From positions 1,593 to 65,592 of the forward strand of contig CAZZCT010000001.1 of assembly GCA_964652365.1 (NCBI GenBank): a stretch of DNA of 64,000 nt, written 5' to 3'. The notes below the pieces were generated by a model. It was not told where the DNA came from. It made no database searches and saw only the letters and a list, made by a program, of their open reading frames with translations. Position numbers and translations under genes: made by a program. The first letter of the stretch is position 1. Each line of letters starts with the position of its first letter. This DNA is from an uncultured Lentisphaerales bacterium. GTDB lineage: Bacteria > Verrucomicrobiota > Kiritimatiellia > RFP12 > CAZZCT01. This document shows, piece after piece, positions 63,988 through 64,000 of this stretch.

Positions 63988-64000
63988 AGGACCGCGTAGC

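Overview
High-G+C bacterial chromosomal segment with no rRNA, tRNA or CRISPR array. All family calls come from motif recognition in the supplied translations, not from database searches. The gene content suggests a PVC-superphylum-like glycan degrader; this is inference only. It includes PA14 plus beta-strand-repeat adhesin-like genes, a GxxExxY gene, REP/RayT, and many cytoplasmic and secreted glycoside hydrolases. Layout: (i) 1-2.2 kb, + strand: 3' part of a sigma-54 enhancer-binding protein and a hypothetical gene bracketed by two hairpins. (ii) 2.4-44.6 kb, almost entirely minus strand: tightly packed glycan operons, often with start/stop overlaps. They hold two SGNH esterases, GH2 x2, GH29, GH10, clan GH-A/GH42-like genes, three paralogous giant CBM9-like/NHL-propeller secreted proteins and two orphan secreted proteins. 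The same block also carries two tandem mosaic PA14 adhesin-like genes and a GntR/sugar-binding-domain regulator. Three genes (GH42-like, GH29-like, AAA-like ATPase) look like internally deleted pseudogenes. (iii) Small, visibly lower-G+C accessory islets sit between operons: DUF433/DUF5615 and RHH/VapC toxin-antitoxin pairs, a GxxExxY nuclease-like cassette and a RayT REP-associated transposase, each next to short structured repeats. (iv) 45.7-50.4 kb: DUF3999/DUF2339 membrane pair with a divergent TetR. (v) 50.7-58.6 kb, minus strand: acyl-CoA dehydrogenase, EtfBA, FabV, FabZ, FabF, FabH. (vi) + strand: a secreted trypsin-fold/DUF11 protein and a GH94 phosphorylase. Most interesting observations: cassette-specific inverted triple-hexamer repeats bracketing small accessory genes; the CBM9/NHL giant-protein family; a stop-codon-overlapping hairpin family with a compensatory stem change; an operator-like motif shared by the GntR-type regulator gene and one giant-protein operon; and a short C-terminal tail shared by three secreted proteins. 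The many long ORFs in the track that lie antisense to these genes are high-G+C shadow ORFs and are not reported as features.
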